Source of the DNA: Spirochaetia bacterium
Lineage (GTDB): Bacteria; Spirochaetota; Spirochaetia; SZUA-6; Bin103
Assembly: GCA_965208575.1 (NCBI GenBank)
Contig: CBDBOV010000002.1
Coordinates: 384,001-448,000, forward strand
DNA: 64,000 bases
Direction: 5' to 3'
Within the stretch, counting starts at the first letter, position 1; each line of letters opens with the position of its first letter. Below are positions 1 through 15,000 of the stretch, piece after piece. The notes beneath the pieces are model-generated. The model had not been told where the DNA came from. It worked only from the letters and a program-made list of their open reading frames with translations, and ran no database searches. Both the position numbers and the translations under genes were made by a program.

Positions 1-8
1 TGAGCGCG

Positions 9-3000
9 GTGGCGCTGGTGTCGGCGCCGCCCGCGGGGCAGAACGACACCTACAAGGTGGGCGATGAGGTGCGCGCGCGGGTGACGTTCAACGGCCCGGT
101 GGACGTGACGGGCAGCCCGGTGCTGAAGCTGGATTTCGACCCGGCGGAGTGGGGCGAGAAGTCGATGACCTTCGACGCCACCCGGAGCCGGACGAACACG
201 ACGACGCTGGAGTTCACCTACGAGGTGGTGGCGGACAACCTCTCCACGCAGGGCATCGCGTTCTACGCGAACAAGCTGAGCGCGGGCGGGAGCGTGAGCA
301 TCCGCACGGCGGGGACGCAGCAGGACGCGGACCTGGCGTTCGCCAAGGTGGAGCACGACGCGGACCACAAGGTGGACGGGGTCCTGCCTGATCTGATTGC
401 GACCGCGCCGGTGTCGGTGACCTCGGCGGCGGGGGCGGACGCCACCTACGCAATCGGCGACCCGATCGAGATCACGGCGACGTTCAACGAGGCGGTGACG
501 GTGACCACGGCCGGGACCCCGGTGGCGGGGCCGCGGCTCGCGTTCACGCTGGGGTCGGGGACGAAGCACGCGGTGTACGCGTCGGGCAGCGGCACGGCGG
601 CGCTGGTGTTCCGCTACCCGGTGGCGGAGGGCGATGCGGACGCCGACGGCATTGCGATCGTCGGGAACGGGTTGGGACTGAACGGCGGCACGATCGCGGA
701 CGCGGCCGGGAACGCGGCGGCGGCCGAGCAGCTTGAGCACGCGGCATTGGATCGGCTCACCAGCCACAAGGTGGACGGGGTGCGCCCGACGGTGCGGAGC
801 GCGGCGGCGGCCGGCACGAAGCTGAAGGTGACGTTCAGCGAGACGCTGGGGGCGGCGTCGAGCCTGGCGAACGGCGCGTTCGAGGTGAAGAAGACCCCGC
901 GGGGCGGGGTGGAGCAGACGGTGACGCTGAGCGGTTCGCCGTCGATCAGCGGGGCGACGCTGACCCTGACGCTGGCGAGCGCGGTGGTGGGGACCGACAC
1001 CGCCATCAAGGTGAGCTACATCAGGCCGACGACGGGCACGGCCAACACGCTGCGGGACGCGGTTGGCAATGACGCGGAGAACTTCGCCGACCAGGCGGTG
1101 CCGGTCGGCAACTTCGCGCCGAGCTTCGCGTCGGATGCTCCGTCGCGGTTCAGCGTGGCCGAGAACAGCGCCGCGGGCGCGGCGGTGGGCACGGTGGCGG
1201 CCACCGACCCGGACGGCGGCACGCTGACCTATTCCCTGACCAGCGCCGGCACCGACCACGAAGCGTTCGCCATCGACAGCGGCGGCCGGATCACGGTGGC
1301 GTCCGGCGCGACGCTGGACCACGAGTCGCAGTCGAGCTACTCGCTCACCGTGCGGGTGCACGACGGCGGGAATTTCTTCGGCGGCCCGGACACCGCCGTG
1401 GATGCGTCTCACCGCTTGACCATCACGGTGACGGACTTGACGGTCGAACCGCCGGGGACGCCGTCGAAGCCGACGGTGACGGGGCGCACGCCGAGCAGCT
1501 TGCGGGTGAGCTGGACCGCGCCGGACATGACCGGCCGGCCGGCGATCACGGATTACGACGTTCGCTGGTTCAAGGGCAGCGCCGACCCGGCGCAGGACGC
1601 GCAGTGGACCAGGCACTTCCACGCCGGGGCCGCGACGCGCACCACCATCGCCGAACTGGACCCCGGCAGCGCCTACCGGGTGCAGGTGCGGGCCGTGAAC
1701 GCCGACGGCAAGAGCCCCTGGACCACCTCCGGCCAGGGCCGCACAACGTCGTCGGCGGCGCCGGCACGATGCGGATCGACCTCGGATCCCGAGGAGTGGA
1801 TCGCGTCGGTCACGTCGACCGCGACATCGATCACCTTCACCTTCAAGAACAGCCTTCCGCAGGTTACCGCGGGGGTTCTTGTGCAGATCTGTCGGCCCGA
1901 GTCATCCACTTCGGGCCGGTACCGACGCTCGCAGGCCTCCAGCATTTTTGGTAACCCTGCCGGGGGAAGCAGCCACACGATTGCGGACTTCGACGATCAT
2001 CGAGGCGGAAGGATCGCTCTGCAACCGGGCACCGACTACTGGCTGCGTGTCGACTCCCAATACACCGCGAATGCCAGCGCCTGGCACTACATCGCCACCA
2101 AACCGAGCCTGGCGGTAAGCGCCGTGGCGCTGGTGTCGGAGCCGACGGTGGACGCGGACGGGGACGGCACGAACGAGACCTACAAGGTGGGCGACACGGT
2201 GCGCGCGCGGGTGACGTTCAACCGCCCGGTGGACGTGACGGGCAGCCCGGTGCTGAAGCTGGATTTCGACCCGGCGGACTGGGGCGAGAAGTCGATGACC
2301 TTCGACGCCGCCCGGAGCCGGACGAACACGACGACGCTGGAGTTCACCTACGAGGTGGTGGCGGGCAACCTCTCCACGCAGGGCATCGCGTTGCACGCCA
2401 ACGAGCTGCGCCTGGGCGCGGGGGCGAGCATCCGCGCGGCGGGCAAGCAGCAGAACGCCGACCTGACCTTTGCCAAGGTGGAGCACGACGCGGCTCACAA
2501 GGTGGACGGGGTCGCGCCGGCGCTGATTGCAGCCGCCCCGGTCTCGGTGACCTCGGCGGCGGGGGACGACGCCACCTACGCGATCGGCGACCCGATCGAG
2601 ATCTCGGCGACGTTCAACGAGGCGGTGACGGTGACCGCGGCCGGGACCCCAGGGGCGGGGCCGCGGCTCGCGTTCACGCTGGGGTCGGGGACGAAGCACG
2701 CGGTATACCACTCGGGCAGCGGCACGGCGGCGCCGGTGTTCCGCTACACGGTGGCGGAGGGCGATGCGGACGCCGATGGCATCGCCGTGGCCGAGAACGG
2801 GTTGGGACTGAACGGCGGCGCGATCGCGGACGCGGCGGGGAACGTCGCGGCGGCCGCGCAGCTCCGGCACCCGGCCGTCGCGGCGCTCGCCACCCACAAG
2901 GTGGACGGCGTGCGTCCGACGGTGCGGGGCGCGACAGTGGACGGCAAGACGCTGAGGGTGACGTTCAGCGAGACGCTGGGGCCGGCTGCGAGGCTCGCGA

Positions 3001-6000
3001 ACGGCGCCTTCGTGGTGAAGAAAACCCCGCAGGGCGAGATGGAGCAGACGGTGACGCTGAGCGGCTCGCCGTCGATCGCGGGCGCGTCGGTGACGCTGAC
3101 CCTGGCGAACAAGGTGCTGCGCACCGACACCGGGGTGAAGGTGAGCTACACCGCACCCACTACGGGTGCGGATAACAGGCTGCGGGACGCGGCCGGCAAC
3201 GACGCGGAAGACTTTCCCGACGTGACGGCCTCGTTTTCCAATGGGGTGAGCGCCGTGGCGCTGGTGTCGGCGCCGCCGGCCGGGCAGAACGACACCTACA
3301 AGGTGGGCGACGTGGTGCGCGCGCGGGTGACGTTCGGCAGCCCGGTGGACGTGGTCGGCAACCCGGTGCTGAAGCTGCAGTTCGCGGAGGATTCCGGCGA
3401 GAAGAGCATGACCTTCGACGCCACCCGGAGCCGGACGAACACGACGACGCTGGAGTTCACCTATACGGTGGGAGCCGGCGACCGCTCCACGCAGGGCATC
3501 GCGTTCTACGCGAACAAGTTGAGCGTGGGCGAGGGGGGAAGCATCCGCACGGCGGGGACGCAGCAGAACGCCGACCTGACCTTTCCCAAGGTGAACCACG
3601 ATGCGGGGCACAAGGTGGACGGGACCTTGCCCGCGCTGATTGCGAACGATCCGATCACGGTGACCTCGTCGGCGGGGCCGGACAAAACCTACGCGGTCGG
3701 CGAGACGATCGACATCACCGCGACGTTCACTGAGCCGGTGACGGTGACGACATTCGGCAACCCGGTGGAACAGCCGAGCTTAGTTTTCAGCGTCGGCACT
3801 ATCTGGGATTTTAGAACTGCGGTGTACCACTCGGGCAGCGGCACGAACAAGCTGGTGTTCCGCTACACGGTGGCCGCGAGCGATACCGACACCGACGGCG
3901 TATCCTTCGTCGGGTACGCTATTTCGCTGGGACCGCGTGGAAAAACCGCCAAGATCGCCGACGCCGTGGGGAACGCGGCGGGGCGCGACCAGCTCGCGAA
4001 CGTCGCCGCCGGGCCGCTCTCCAGCCACAAGGTGGACGGCAGCCTGACGGTCTCCGACACGCCGCCGCTTTTCGTGAGCGCGACGGTCGACGGCGCGGCG
4101 CTCACCCTGAACTACAACGAGGAGCTGGACGGAACCTCGGAGCCCGTATCGGGCGCCTTCGCGGTGAAGGTGAACGGGAATGCGGTGAATCTCGCCGCGT
4201 CCGACCCGGTGGAGGTGGCCGGTACCACGGTGACGCTGACGCTCGCTCAGGCGGTCACCCGCGGACAGACGGTGACGGTGAGCTATACGGCGCCGTCCGA
4301 GAATCCGATTCGGGACTCTGACGGCAACCGCGCGGGGAGTATCTCTGAGCAGCCGGTCGCGGTCACCGTGGGCGCGAGCGTGGCGGCGCCGACGTTCAGC
4401 CCGGCCGCCGGCGCCACCGCCGGCCCCGGCACGAGCATCACGCTGACCTTCGCCGAGGCGCTGCGCAAGGACGCGTCCGGCACGGAGCTGGCGAACGGCG
4501 ACCTGGCCGCCATCCTGACGCTGAAGACGACCGACGCCGACGGCACCGACATCGGCTTCACGGCGACTATCGACGCGGCGAAGCAGGTGATCACCGTCAC
4601 GCCGAACAACGCCCTGGCCGGAGGCGCGGTGTTCGTGGCGATCTCGGGTAGTTACTTCGACGAACACGGCAACCAGGGCGCGGCGGCGAGCGCGACGTTC
4701 ACGGTAGACGTGACCGCGCCGGCGGCGCCGGCGTTCAGCCCGGCGGGCGGCGCGACGGTGACTGACGCGGCGCGCAACCTCACGCTGACCTTCGCGGAGG
4801 CGATCCACAAGGACGCGTCCGGCACGGAGCTGGGGAACGGCGACCTGGCCGGCATCCTGACGCTGAAGACGGACGACGAGAACGGCACCGACATCGGGTT
4901 CACGGCGACCATCGACGCGGCCATGCAGGTGATCACGGTCGCCCCGACGGCGGACCTGGCCGATGGCGCGGTGTACGTGGCGATCTCGGACGGCTACTAC
5001 GACGAGCACGGCAACCAGGGCACGGCGGCAAGCGCCACCTTCACCGTCGACACCAGCGTGACAGCGCCGACGTTCAGCCCGGCGGCCGACACCACGGCCG
5101 GTCCCGGCACGAGCATCACGCTGACCTTCGCCGAAGCGCTGCGCAAGGACGCGTCCGGCATGGCGCTGGCGAACGACGACCTGGCCGGCATCCTGACGCT
5201 GAAGACGGACGACGAGAACGGCACCGACATCGGGTTCACGGCGACCATCGACGCGGCGAAGCAGGTGATCACGGTCGCCCCGACGGCTAACCTGGCCGGC
5301 GGCGACGTCTATGTCGCGATCTCGGACGGCTACTACGACGAGCACGGCAACCAGGGCGCGGCGGCGAGCGCGACGTTCACGGTAGACGCCACCGCGCCGG
5401 CGGCGCCGGCGTTCAGCCCGGCGGGCGGCGCGACGGTGACTGACGCGGCGGGCAACCTCACGCTCAGGTTCGCCGAGGCGATCCACAAGGACGCGCAGGG
5501 CGGCGACTTCGCCGCCACCGATCTCGCCGGCATCCTGACGCTGAAGACGACCGACGCCGACGGCACCGACATCGGGTTCACGGCGACCATCGACGCGGCG
5601 AAGCAGGTGATCACCCTCGACCCGACGGCGGACCTGGCCGACGGCGCGGTGTACGTGGCCGTCTCGGACGGCTACTTCGATAAGTACGGCAACCAGGGCA
5701 CGGCCGCAAGCGCCACCTTCACCGTCGACACCAGCGTGGCGGCGCCAACGTTCAGCCCGGCCGCCGGCGCCACCGCCGGCCCGGGCACGAGCATCACGCT
5801 GACCTTCGCCGAAGCGCTGCGCAAGGACGCGTCCGGTACGGCGCTCGCGAACGGCGACCTCGCCGCGCTGCTGACACTGAAGACGGGCGACGCGGACGGC
5901 ACGGACATCGGCTTCAGGGCGACCATCGACGTGGCGAAGCAGGTGATCACGGTCGACCCGACGGCGGACCTGGCCGGCGGTGACGTCTATGTCGCGATCT

Positions 6001-9000
6001 CGGACGGCTACTACGACGAGCACGGCAACCAGGGCGCGGCGGCGAGCGCGACGTTCACGGTAGACGCCACCGCGCCGGCGGCGCCGGCGTTCAGCCCGGC
6101 GGGCGGCGCGACGGTGACTGACGCGGCGGGCAACCTCACGCTCACGTTCGCTGAGGCGATCCACAAGGACGCCCAGGGCGGCGACTTCGCCGCCACCGAT
6201 CTCGCCGGCATCCTGACGCTGAAGACAGGCAACGCGGACGGCACGGGCATCGGCTTCACGGCGACCATCGACGCGGCGAAGAGGGTGATCACGGTCGACC
6301 CGACGGCGGACTTGGCCGACGGCGACGTCCATGTCGCGGTCACGGACGGCTACTACGACGAGCACGGCAACCAGGGCCCGGCGGCAAGCGCCACCTTCAC
6401 CGTCGACACCAGTGTGGCGGCGCCAACGTTCAGCCCGGCCGCCGGCGCCACCGCGGGCCCCGGCACGAGCATCACGCTGACCTTCTCCGAGGCGCTGCGC
6501 AAGGACGCGTCCGACACGGCACTGGCGGACGGCGACCTTGCCGGCATCCTGACGCTGAAGACGACCGACGCCGACGGCACCGACATCGGCTTCACGGCGA
6601 CCATCGATGCGGCGAAGCAGGTGATCACCGTCACGCCGACCAACGGCTTGGCCGGAGGCGCGGTGTACGTGGCCGTCACGGACGGCTACTACGACGAACA
6701 CGGCAACCAGGGCGCGGCGGCGAGCGCGACGTTCACGGTAGACGCTACCGCGCCGGCGGCGCCGGCGTTCAGCCCGGCGGGCGGCGCGACGGTGACTGAC
6801 GCGGCGAGCCACCTCACGCTCACGTTCGCCGAGGCGATCCACAAGGACGCCCAGGGCGGCGACTTCGCCACCACCGACCTCGCCGGCATCCTGACGCTGA
6901 AGACGGACGACGAGAACGGCACCGACATCGGGTTCACGGCGACCATCGACGCGGCGAAGCAGGTGATCACGGTCGACCCGACGGCGGACCTGGCCGAGGG
7001 CGCGGTGTACGTGGCGGTCTCGGACGGCTACTACGACGAGCACGGCAACCAGGGTACGGCGGCAAGCGCGACCTTCACTGTCGACACCAGCGTGACGGCG
7101 CCGACGTTCAGCCCGGCCGCCGGCGCCACCGCCGGCCCCGGCACGAGCATCACGCTGACATTCGCCGAGGCGCTGCGCAAGGACGCGGCCGGCACCGCAC
7201 TGGCGAACGGCGACCTCGCCGCGCTGCTGACACTGAAGACGGGCGACGTTGACGGCCCGGCCATCGGGTTCACGGCGACCATCAATGCGGCGAAGCAGGT
7301 GATCACGGTCGACCCGACGGCGAACCTGGCCGGCGGCGACGTCTATGTCGCGATCTCGGACGGCTACTACGACGAGCACGGCAACCAGGGCGCGGCGGCG
7401 GGCGCGACGTTCACGGTGGACGCGACCGCGCCGGCGGCGCCGGCGTTCAGCCCGGCCGGCGTGACGGTGACTGACGCGGCGGGCAACCTCACACTCACGT
7501 TCGCTGAGGCGATCCACAAGGACGCGCAGGGCGGCGACTTCGCCACCACCGACCTCGCCGGCATCCTGACGCTGAAGACAGGCAACGCGGACGGCACGGG
7601 CATCGGCTTCACGGCGACCATCGACGCGGCGAAGCAGGTGATCACGGTCGACCCGACGGCAGACCTGGCCGATGGCGCGGTGTACGTGGCCGTCTCGGAC
7701 GGCTACTTCGATAAGTACGGCAACCAGGGCACGGCCGCAAGCGCCACCTTCACCGTCGACACCAGCGTGGCGGCGCCAACGTTCAGCCCGGCCGCCGGCG
7801 CCACCGCCGGCCCCGGCACGAGCATCACGCTGACCTTCGCCGAAGCGCTGCGCAAGGACGCGTCCGGTACGGCGCTCGCGAACGGCGACCTCGCCGCGCT
7901 GCTGACACTGAAGACGGGCGACGCGGACGGCACGGACATCGGCTTCACGGCGACCATCGACGCGGCGAAGCAGGTGATCACCGTCACGCCGACCAACGGC
8001 TTGGCCGGAGGCGCGGTGTACGTGGCCGTCACGGACGGCTACTACGACGAACACGGCAACCAGGGCGCGGCGGCGAGCGCGACGTTCACGGTAGACGCTA
8101 CCGCGCCGGCGGCGCCGGCGTTCAGCCCGGCGGGCGGCGCGACGGTGACTGACGCGGCGAGCCACCTCACGCTCACGTTCGCCGAGGCGATCCACAAGGA
8201 CGCCCAGGGCGGCGACTTCGCCACCACCGACCTCGCCGGCATCCTGACGCTGAAGACAGGCAACGCGGACGGCACGGGCATCGGCTTCACGGCGACCATC
8301 GACGCGGCGAAGCAGGTGATCACGGTCGACCCGACGGCGGACCTGGCCGAGGGCGCGGTGTACGTGGCGGTCTCGGACGGCTACTACGACGAGCACGGCA
8401 ACCAGGGTACGGCGGCAAGCGCGACCTTCACTGTCGACACCAGCGTGACGGCGCCGACGTTCAGCCCGGCCGCCGGCGCCACCGCCGGCCCCGGCACGAG
8501 CATCACGCTGACATTCGCCGAGGCGCTGCGCAAGGACGCGGCCGGCACCGCACTGGCGAACGGCGACCTCGCCGCGCTGCTGACACTGAAGACGGGCGAC
8601 GTTGACGGCCCGGCCATCGGGTTCACGGCGACCATCAATGCGGCGAAGCAGGTGATCACGGTCGACCCGACGGCGAACCTGGCCGGCGGCGACGTCTATG
8701 TCGCGATCTCGGACGGCTACTACGACGAGCACGGCAACCAGGGCGCGGCGGCGGGCGCGACGTTCACGGTGGACGCGACCGCGCCGGCGGCGCCGGCGTT
8801 CAGCCCGGCGGCCGGCGTGACGGTGACTGACGCGGCGGGCAACCTCACGCTCACGTTCGCTGAGGCGATCCACAAGGACGCCCAGGGCGGCGACTTCGCC
8901 ACCACCGACCTCGCCGGCATCCTGACGCTGAAGACAGGCAACGCGGACGGCACGGGCATCGGCTTCACGGCGACCATCGACGCGGCGAAGCAGGTGATCA

Positions 9001-12000
9001 CGGTCGACCCGACGGCAGACCTGGCCGATGGCGCGGTGTACGTGGCCGTCTCGGACGGCTACTTCGATAAGTACGGCAACCAGGGCACGGCCGCAAGCGC
9101 CACCTTCACCGTCGACACCAGCGTGGCGGCGCCAACGTTCAGCCCGGCCGCCGGCGCCACCGCCGGCCCGGGCACGAGCATCACGCTGACCTTCGCCGAA
9201 GCGCTGCGCAAGGACGCGTCCGGTACGGCGCTCGCGAACGGCGACCTCGCCGCGTTGCTGACGCTGAAGACAACCGACGCGGACGGCCCGGACATCGGCT
9301 TCACGGCGACTATCGACGCGGCGAAGCAGGTGATCACGGTCGACCCGACGGCGAATCTGGCCGGCGGCGACGTCTATGTCGCGATCACGGACGGTTACTT
9401 CGACGAACACGGCAACCAGGGCGCGGCGGCGAGCGCGACGTTCACGGTGGACGCGACCGCGCCGGCGGCGCCGGCGTTCAGCCCCGTCGCCGGAGCGACG
9501 GTGACTGACGCGGCGGACAACATCACGCTCACGTTCGCCGAGGCGATCCACAAGGACGCGTCCGGCACGGATCTGGCGATCGGCGACCTCGCCGGCATCC
9601 TGACGCTGAAGAGGGGCGATGCCGACGGCACCGATGTCGGCTTCACGGCGACCATCGACGCGGCGGAGCAGGTGATCACCCTCGACCCGACGGCGGACCT
9701 GGCCGATGGCGCGGTGTACGTGGCGATCACGAACGGCTACTTCGACGAGCACGGCAACCAGGGCGCGGCGGCAAGCGCGACCTTCACTGTCGACACCAGC
9801 GTGGCGGCGCCAACGTTCAGCCCGGCCGCCGGCGCGACTGCGGGCCCCGGCGCGAGCATCACGCTGACCTTCGCCGAGGCGCTGCGCAAGGACGCGTCCG
9901 GCACGGCGCTGGCGAACGGCGACCTCGGCGCGTTGCTGACGCTGAAGACAACCGACGCGGACGGCCCGGACATCGGCTTCACGGCGACTATCGACGCGGC
10001 GAAGCAGGTGATCACGGTCGACCCGACGGCGAACCTGGCCGGCGGCGACGTCTATGTCGCGATCACGGACGGTTACTTCGACGAACACGGCAACCAGGGC
10101 GCGGCGGCAAGCGCGACGTTCACGGTGGACGCGACCGCGCCGGCGGCGCCGGCGTTCAGCCCCGTCGCCGGAGCGACGGTGACTGACGCGGCGGACAACA
10201 TCACGCTCACGTTCGCCGAGGCGATCCACAAGGACGCGTCCGGCACGGATCTGGCGATCGGCGACCTCGCCGGCATCCTGACGCTGAAGAGGGGCGATGC
10301 CGACGGCACCGATGTCGGCTTCACGGCGACCATCGACGCGGCGAAGCAGGTGATCACCCTCGACCCGACGGCGGACCTGGCCGATGGCGCGGTTTACGTG
10401 GCGATCACGAACGGCTACTTCGACGAGCACGGCAACCAGGGCGCGGCGGCAAGCGCGACCTTCACTGTCGACACCAGCGTGGCGGCGCCAACGTTCAGCC
10501 CGGCCGCCGGCGCGACTGCGGGCCCCGGCACGAGCATCACGCTGACCTTCGCCGAGGCGCTGCGCAAGGACGCGTCCGGCACGGCGCTGGCGGCCGGCGA
10601 CCTGGCCGGCATCCTGACGCTGAAGACGACCGATGCCGACGGCACGGACATCGGCTTCACGGCGACCATCAATGCGGCGAAGCAGGTGATCACGGTCGAG
10701 CCGACGGCGAACCTGGCCGGCGGTGAGGTCTATGTCGCGATCTCGGACGGCTACTACGACGAGCACGGCAACCAGGGCGCGGCGGCAAGCGCGACGTTCA
10801 CGGTAGACGCGACCGCGCCGGCGGCGCCGACGTTCCGGCCGGCGGCCGGCGCGACGGTGACTGACGCGGCGGGCAACCTCACGCTGACCTTCGCGGAGGC
10901 GCTGCACAAGGACGCGTCCGGTACGGCGCTGGCGATCGGCGACCTCGCCGGCATCCTGACGCTGAAGAGGGGCGATGCCGACGGCAACGATATCGGGTTT
11001 GCGGCGACCATCGACGCGGCGAAGCAGGTGATCACGGTCGACCCGACGGCGGACCTGGCCGACGGCGCGGTGTACGTGGCGGTCTCGGACGGCTACTTCG
11101 ACGAGCACGGCAACCAGGGCACGTCCGCAAGCGCCACCTTCACCGTCGACACCAGCGTGGCGGCGCCGACGTTCAGCCCGGCGGCCGACACCACGGCCGG
11201 TCCCGGCACGAGCATCACGCTGACCTTCGCCGAAGCGCTGCGCAAGGACGCGTCCGGCACGGCGCTCGCGAACGACGACCTGGCCGGCATCCTCACGTTG
11301 AAGACGACCGATGCCGACGGCACGGACATCGGCTTCACGGCGACCATCGATGCGGCGGAGCAGGTGATCACGGTCGCCCCGACGGCGGACCTGGCCGGCG
11401 GCGACGTCTATGTCGCGATCTCGGACGGCTACTTCGACGAGCACGGCAACCAGGGTACGGCGGCGAGCGCGACGTTCACGGTGGACGCGACCGCGCCGGC
11501 GGCGCCAGCGTTCAGCCCGGCGTCCGGCGCGACGGTGGCTGACGCGGCGGGCAACCTCACGCTGACCTTCGCGGAAGCGATCCACAAGGACGCGTCCGGC
11601 ACGGCGCTTGCGAACGGCGACCTGGCCGGCATCCTGACGCTGAAGACGGGCGACGCGGACGGCACGGCCATCGGCTACACGGCGACCATCGACGCGGCGA
11701 AGCAGGTGATCACGGTCGCCCCGACGGCGGACCTGGCCGACGGCGCGGTGTACGTGGCGGTCACGGACGGCTACTTCGACGAGCACGGCAACCAGGGCTC
11801 GGCGGCAAGCGCGACCTTCACTGTCGACACCAGCGTGACGGCGCCGACGTTCAGCCCGGCCGCCGGCGCCACCGCCGGCCCCGGCACGAGCATCACGCTG
11901 ACCTTCGCGGAGGCGTTGCGCAAGGACGCCACCGGCACGGCGCTCGCGGCCGGCGACCTGGCCGGCATCCTGACGCTGAAGACGAGCGACGCGGACGGCA

Positions 12001-15000
12001 CGGACATCGGGTTCACGGCGACTATCGACGCGGCGAAGCAGGTCATCACCCTCGACCCGACGGCGGACCTGGCGGACGGCGCGGTGCACGTGGCGATCAC
12101 GAACGGCTACTACGACGAGCACGGCAACCAGGGCGCGGCGGCGAGCGCCACGTTCACGGTCGACGCGAGCGCGCCGACGGCGCCGACGTTCACCCCGGCC
12201 GGCGGCGCGACGGTGACCGACGCGGCCAGCAACATCACGCTGACCTTCGCCGAGGCGCTGCACAAGGACGCCCAGGGGGGCGAGTTCGCCGCCACCGATC
12301 TGGCCGGCATCCTGACGCTGAAGACGGGCGACGCGGACGGCACGGCCATCGGCTACACGGCGACCATCAACGCGGCGAAGACGGTGATCACCCTCGACCC
12401 GACGGCGGACCTGGCGGACGGCGCGGTGTACGTGGCGGTCACGGACGGCTACTTCGACGAGCACGGCAACCAGGGTGCGGCGGCGAGCGCCACGTTCGCC
12501 GTCGACACCAGCGTGGCGGCGCCAACGTTCAGCCCGGCTGCCGGCGCCACCGCCGGCCCCGGCACGAGCATCACGCTGACCTTCGCCGAAGCGCTGCGCA
12601 AGGACGCGTCCGGTACGGCGCTCGCGAACGGCGACCTTGCCGCGCTGCTGACACTGAAGACGAGCGACGCGGACGGCACGGATATCGGGTTCACGGCGAC
12701 CATCGATGCGGCGGAGCAGGTGATCACCGTCACCCCGACCAACGCCCTGGCCGAGGGCGCGGTGTACGTGGCGGTCACGGACGGCTACTTCGACGAGCAC
12801 GGCAACCAGGGTACGGCGGCGAGCGCGACGTTCACGGTGGACGCGAGCGCCCCGGCGGCGCCGACGTTCCGGCCGGCGGCCGGCGCGACGGTAACCGACG
12901 CGGCGGGCAACATTACGCTTACCTTCGCCGAACCGCTGCACAAGGACGCGGCCGGCACGGCGCTGGCGAACGGTGACTTGGCCGGCATCCTGACGCTGAA
13001 GACGGGCGATGAGAACGGGACGGCCATCGGCTTCACAGCGACCATCGACGCGGCGAAGCGGGTGATCACCCTCGACCCGACGGCGGAACTGGCCGACGGT
13101 GCGGTGTACGTGGCGGTCTCGGACGGCTACTACGATGCGCACGGCAACCAGGGCGCGGCGGCCAACGCCACCTTCACGGTCGACACCAGCGTGGCGGCGC
13201 CGACGTTCCTCCCGGCCGCCGGCGCCACCGCCGGCCCCGGCACGAGCATCACGCTGACCTTCGCCGAGGCGCTGCGCAAGGACGCGGCCGGCACGGCGCT
13301 GGCGAACGGTGACCTGGCCGGCATCCTGACGCTGAAGACGGGCGACGAGAACGGCACGGCCATCGGCTTCACGGCGACCATCGATGCGGCGGAGCAGGTG
13401 ATCACCGTCACCCCGACCAACGCCCTGGCCGAGGGCGCGGTGTACGTGGCGGTCACGGACGGCTACTTCGACGAGCACGGCAACCGGGGTGCGGCGGCGA
13501 GCGCGACGTTCACGGTGGACGCGAGCGCGCCGGCGCCGCCGACGTTCAGCCCGGCTGCCGGCGCGACGGTAACCGACGCGGCGAGCAACATCACGCTGAC
13601 TTTCGCGGAGGCGCTGCACAAGGACGCGTCCGGCACGGCGCTGGCGAACGGCGACCTGGCAGGGCTCCTGACGCTGAAGACGGGCGACGAGAACGGCACC
13701 GACATCGGCTACACGGCGACCATCGACGCGGCGAAGACGGTGATCACCCTCGACCCGACGGCGGACCTGGCCGACGGCGCGGTGTACGTGGCGGTCTCGG
13801 ACGGCTACTTCGACGAGCACGGCAACCAGGGCGCGGCGGCCAACGCCACGTTCACGGTCGACACCAGCGTGGCGGCGCCGACGTTCAGCCCGGCCGCCGG
13901 CGCGACCGCCGGCCCCGGCACGAGCATCACGCTGACCTTCGCCGAGGCGCTGCGCAAGGACGCGGCCGGCACGGCGCTGGCGAACGGCGACCTCGCCGCA
14001 CTGCTGACGCTGAAGACCGGCGACGCAGACGGCACGGCCATCGGCTTCACGGCGACCATCGACGCGGCGAAGCAGGTGATCACGGTCGACCCGACGACGA
14101 ACCTGGCGGACGGCGCGGTGTACGTGGCGATCACGAACGGCTACTACGACGAGCACGGCAACCAGGGCGCGGCGGCGAGCGCCACGTTCACGGTCGACGC
14201 GAGCGCGCCGACGGCGCCGACGTTCACCCCGGCCGGCGGCGCGACGGTGACCGACGCGGCCAGCAACATCACGCTGACCTTCGCCGAGGCGCTGCACAAG
14301 GACGCCCAGGGGGGCGAGTTCGCCGCCACCGATCTGGCCGGCATCCTGACGCTGAAGACGGGCGACGCGGACGGCACGGCCATCGGCTACACGGCGACCA
14401 TCGACGCGGCGAGGACGGTGATCACCCTCGACCCGACGGCGGACTTGGCCGACGGTGCGGTGTACGTGGCGGTCACGGACGGCTACTACGACGAGCATGG
14501 CAACCAGGGCGTGGCGGCGAGCGCGACGTTCACGGTCGACACCAGCGTGGCGACGCCGACGTTCAGCCCGGCCGCCGGCGCCACCGCCGGCCCCGGCACG
14601 AGCATCACGCTGACCTTCGCCGAAGCGCTGCGCAAGGACGCGTCCGGTACGGCGCTCGCGAACGGCGACCTGGCCGCGCTGCTGACACTGAAGACGAGCG
14701 ACGCGGACGGCACGGACATCGGGTTCACGGCGACCATCGATGCGGCGGAGCAGGTGATCACCGTCACCCCGACCAACGCCCTGGCCGAGGGCGCGGTGTA
14801 CGTGGCGGTCTCGGATGGCTACTTCGACGAGCACGGCAACCGGGGTGCGGCGGCGAGCGCGACGTTCACGGTGGACGCGAGCGCGCCGGCGCCGCCGACG
14901 TTCAGCCCGGCTGCCGGCGCGACGGTAACCGACGCGGCGAGCAACATCACGCTGACTTTCGCGGAGGCGCTGCACAAGGACGCGTCCGGCACGGCGCTGG

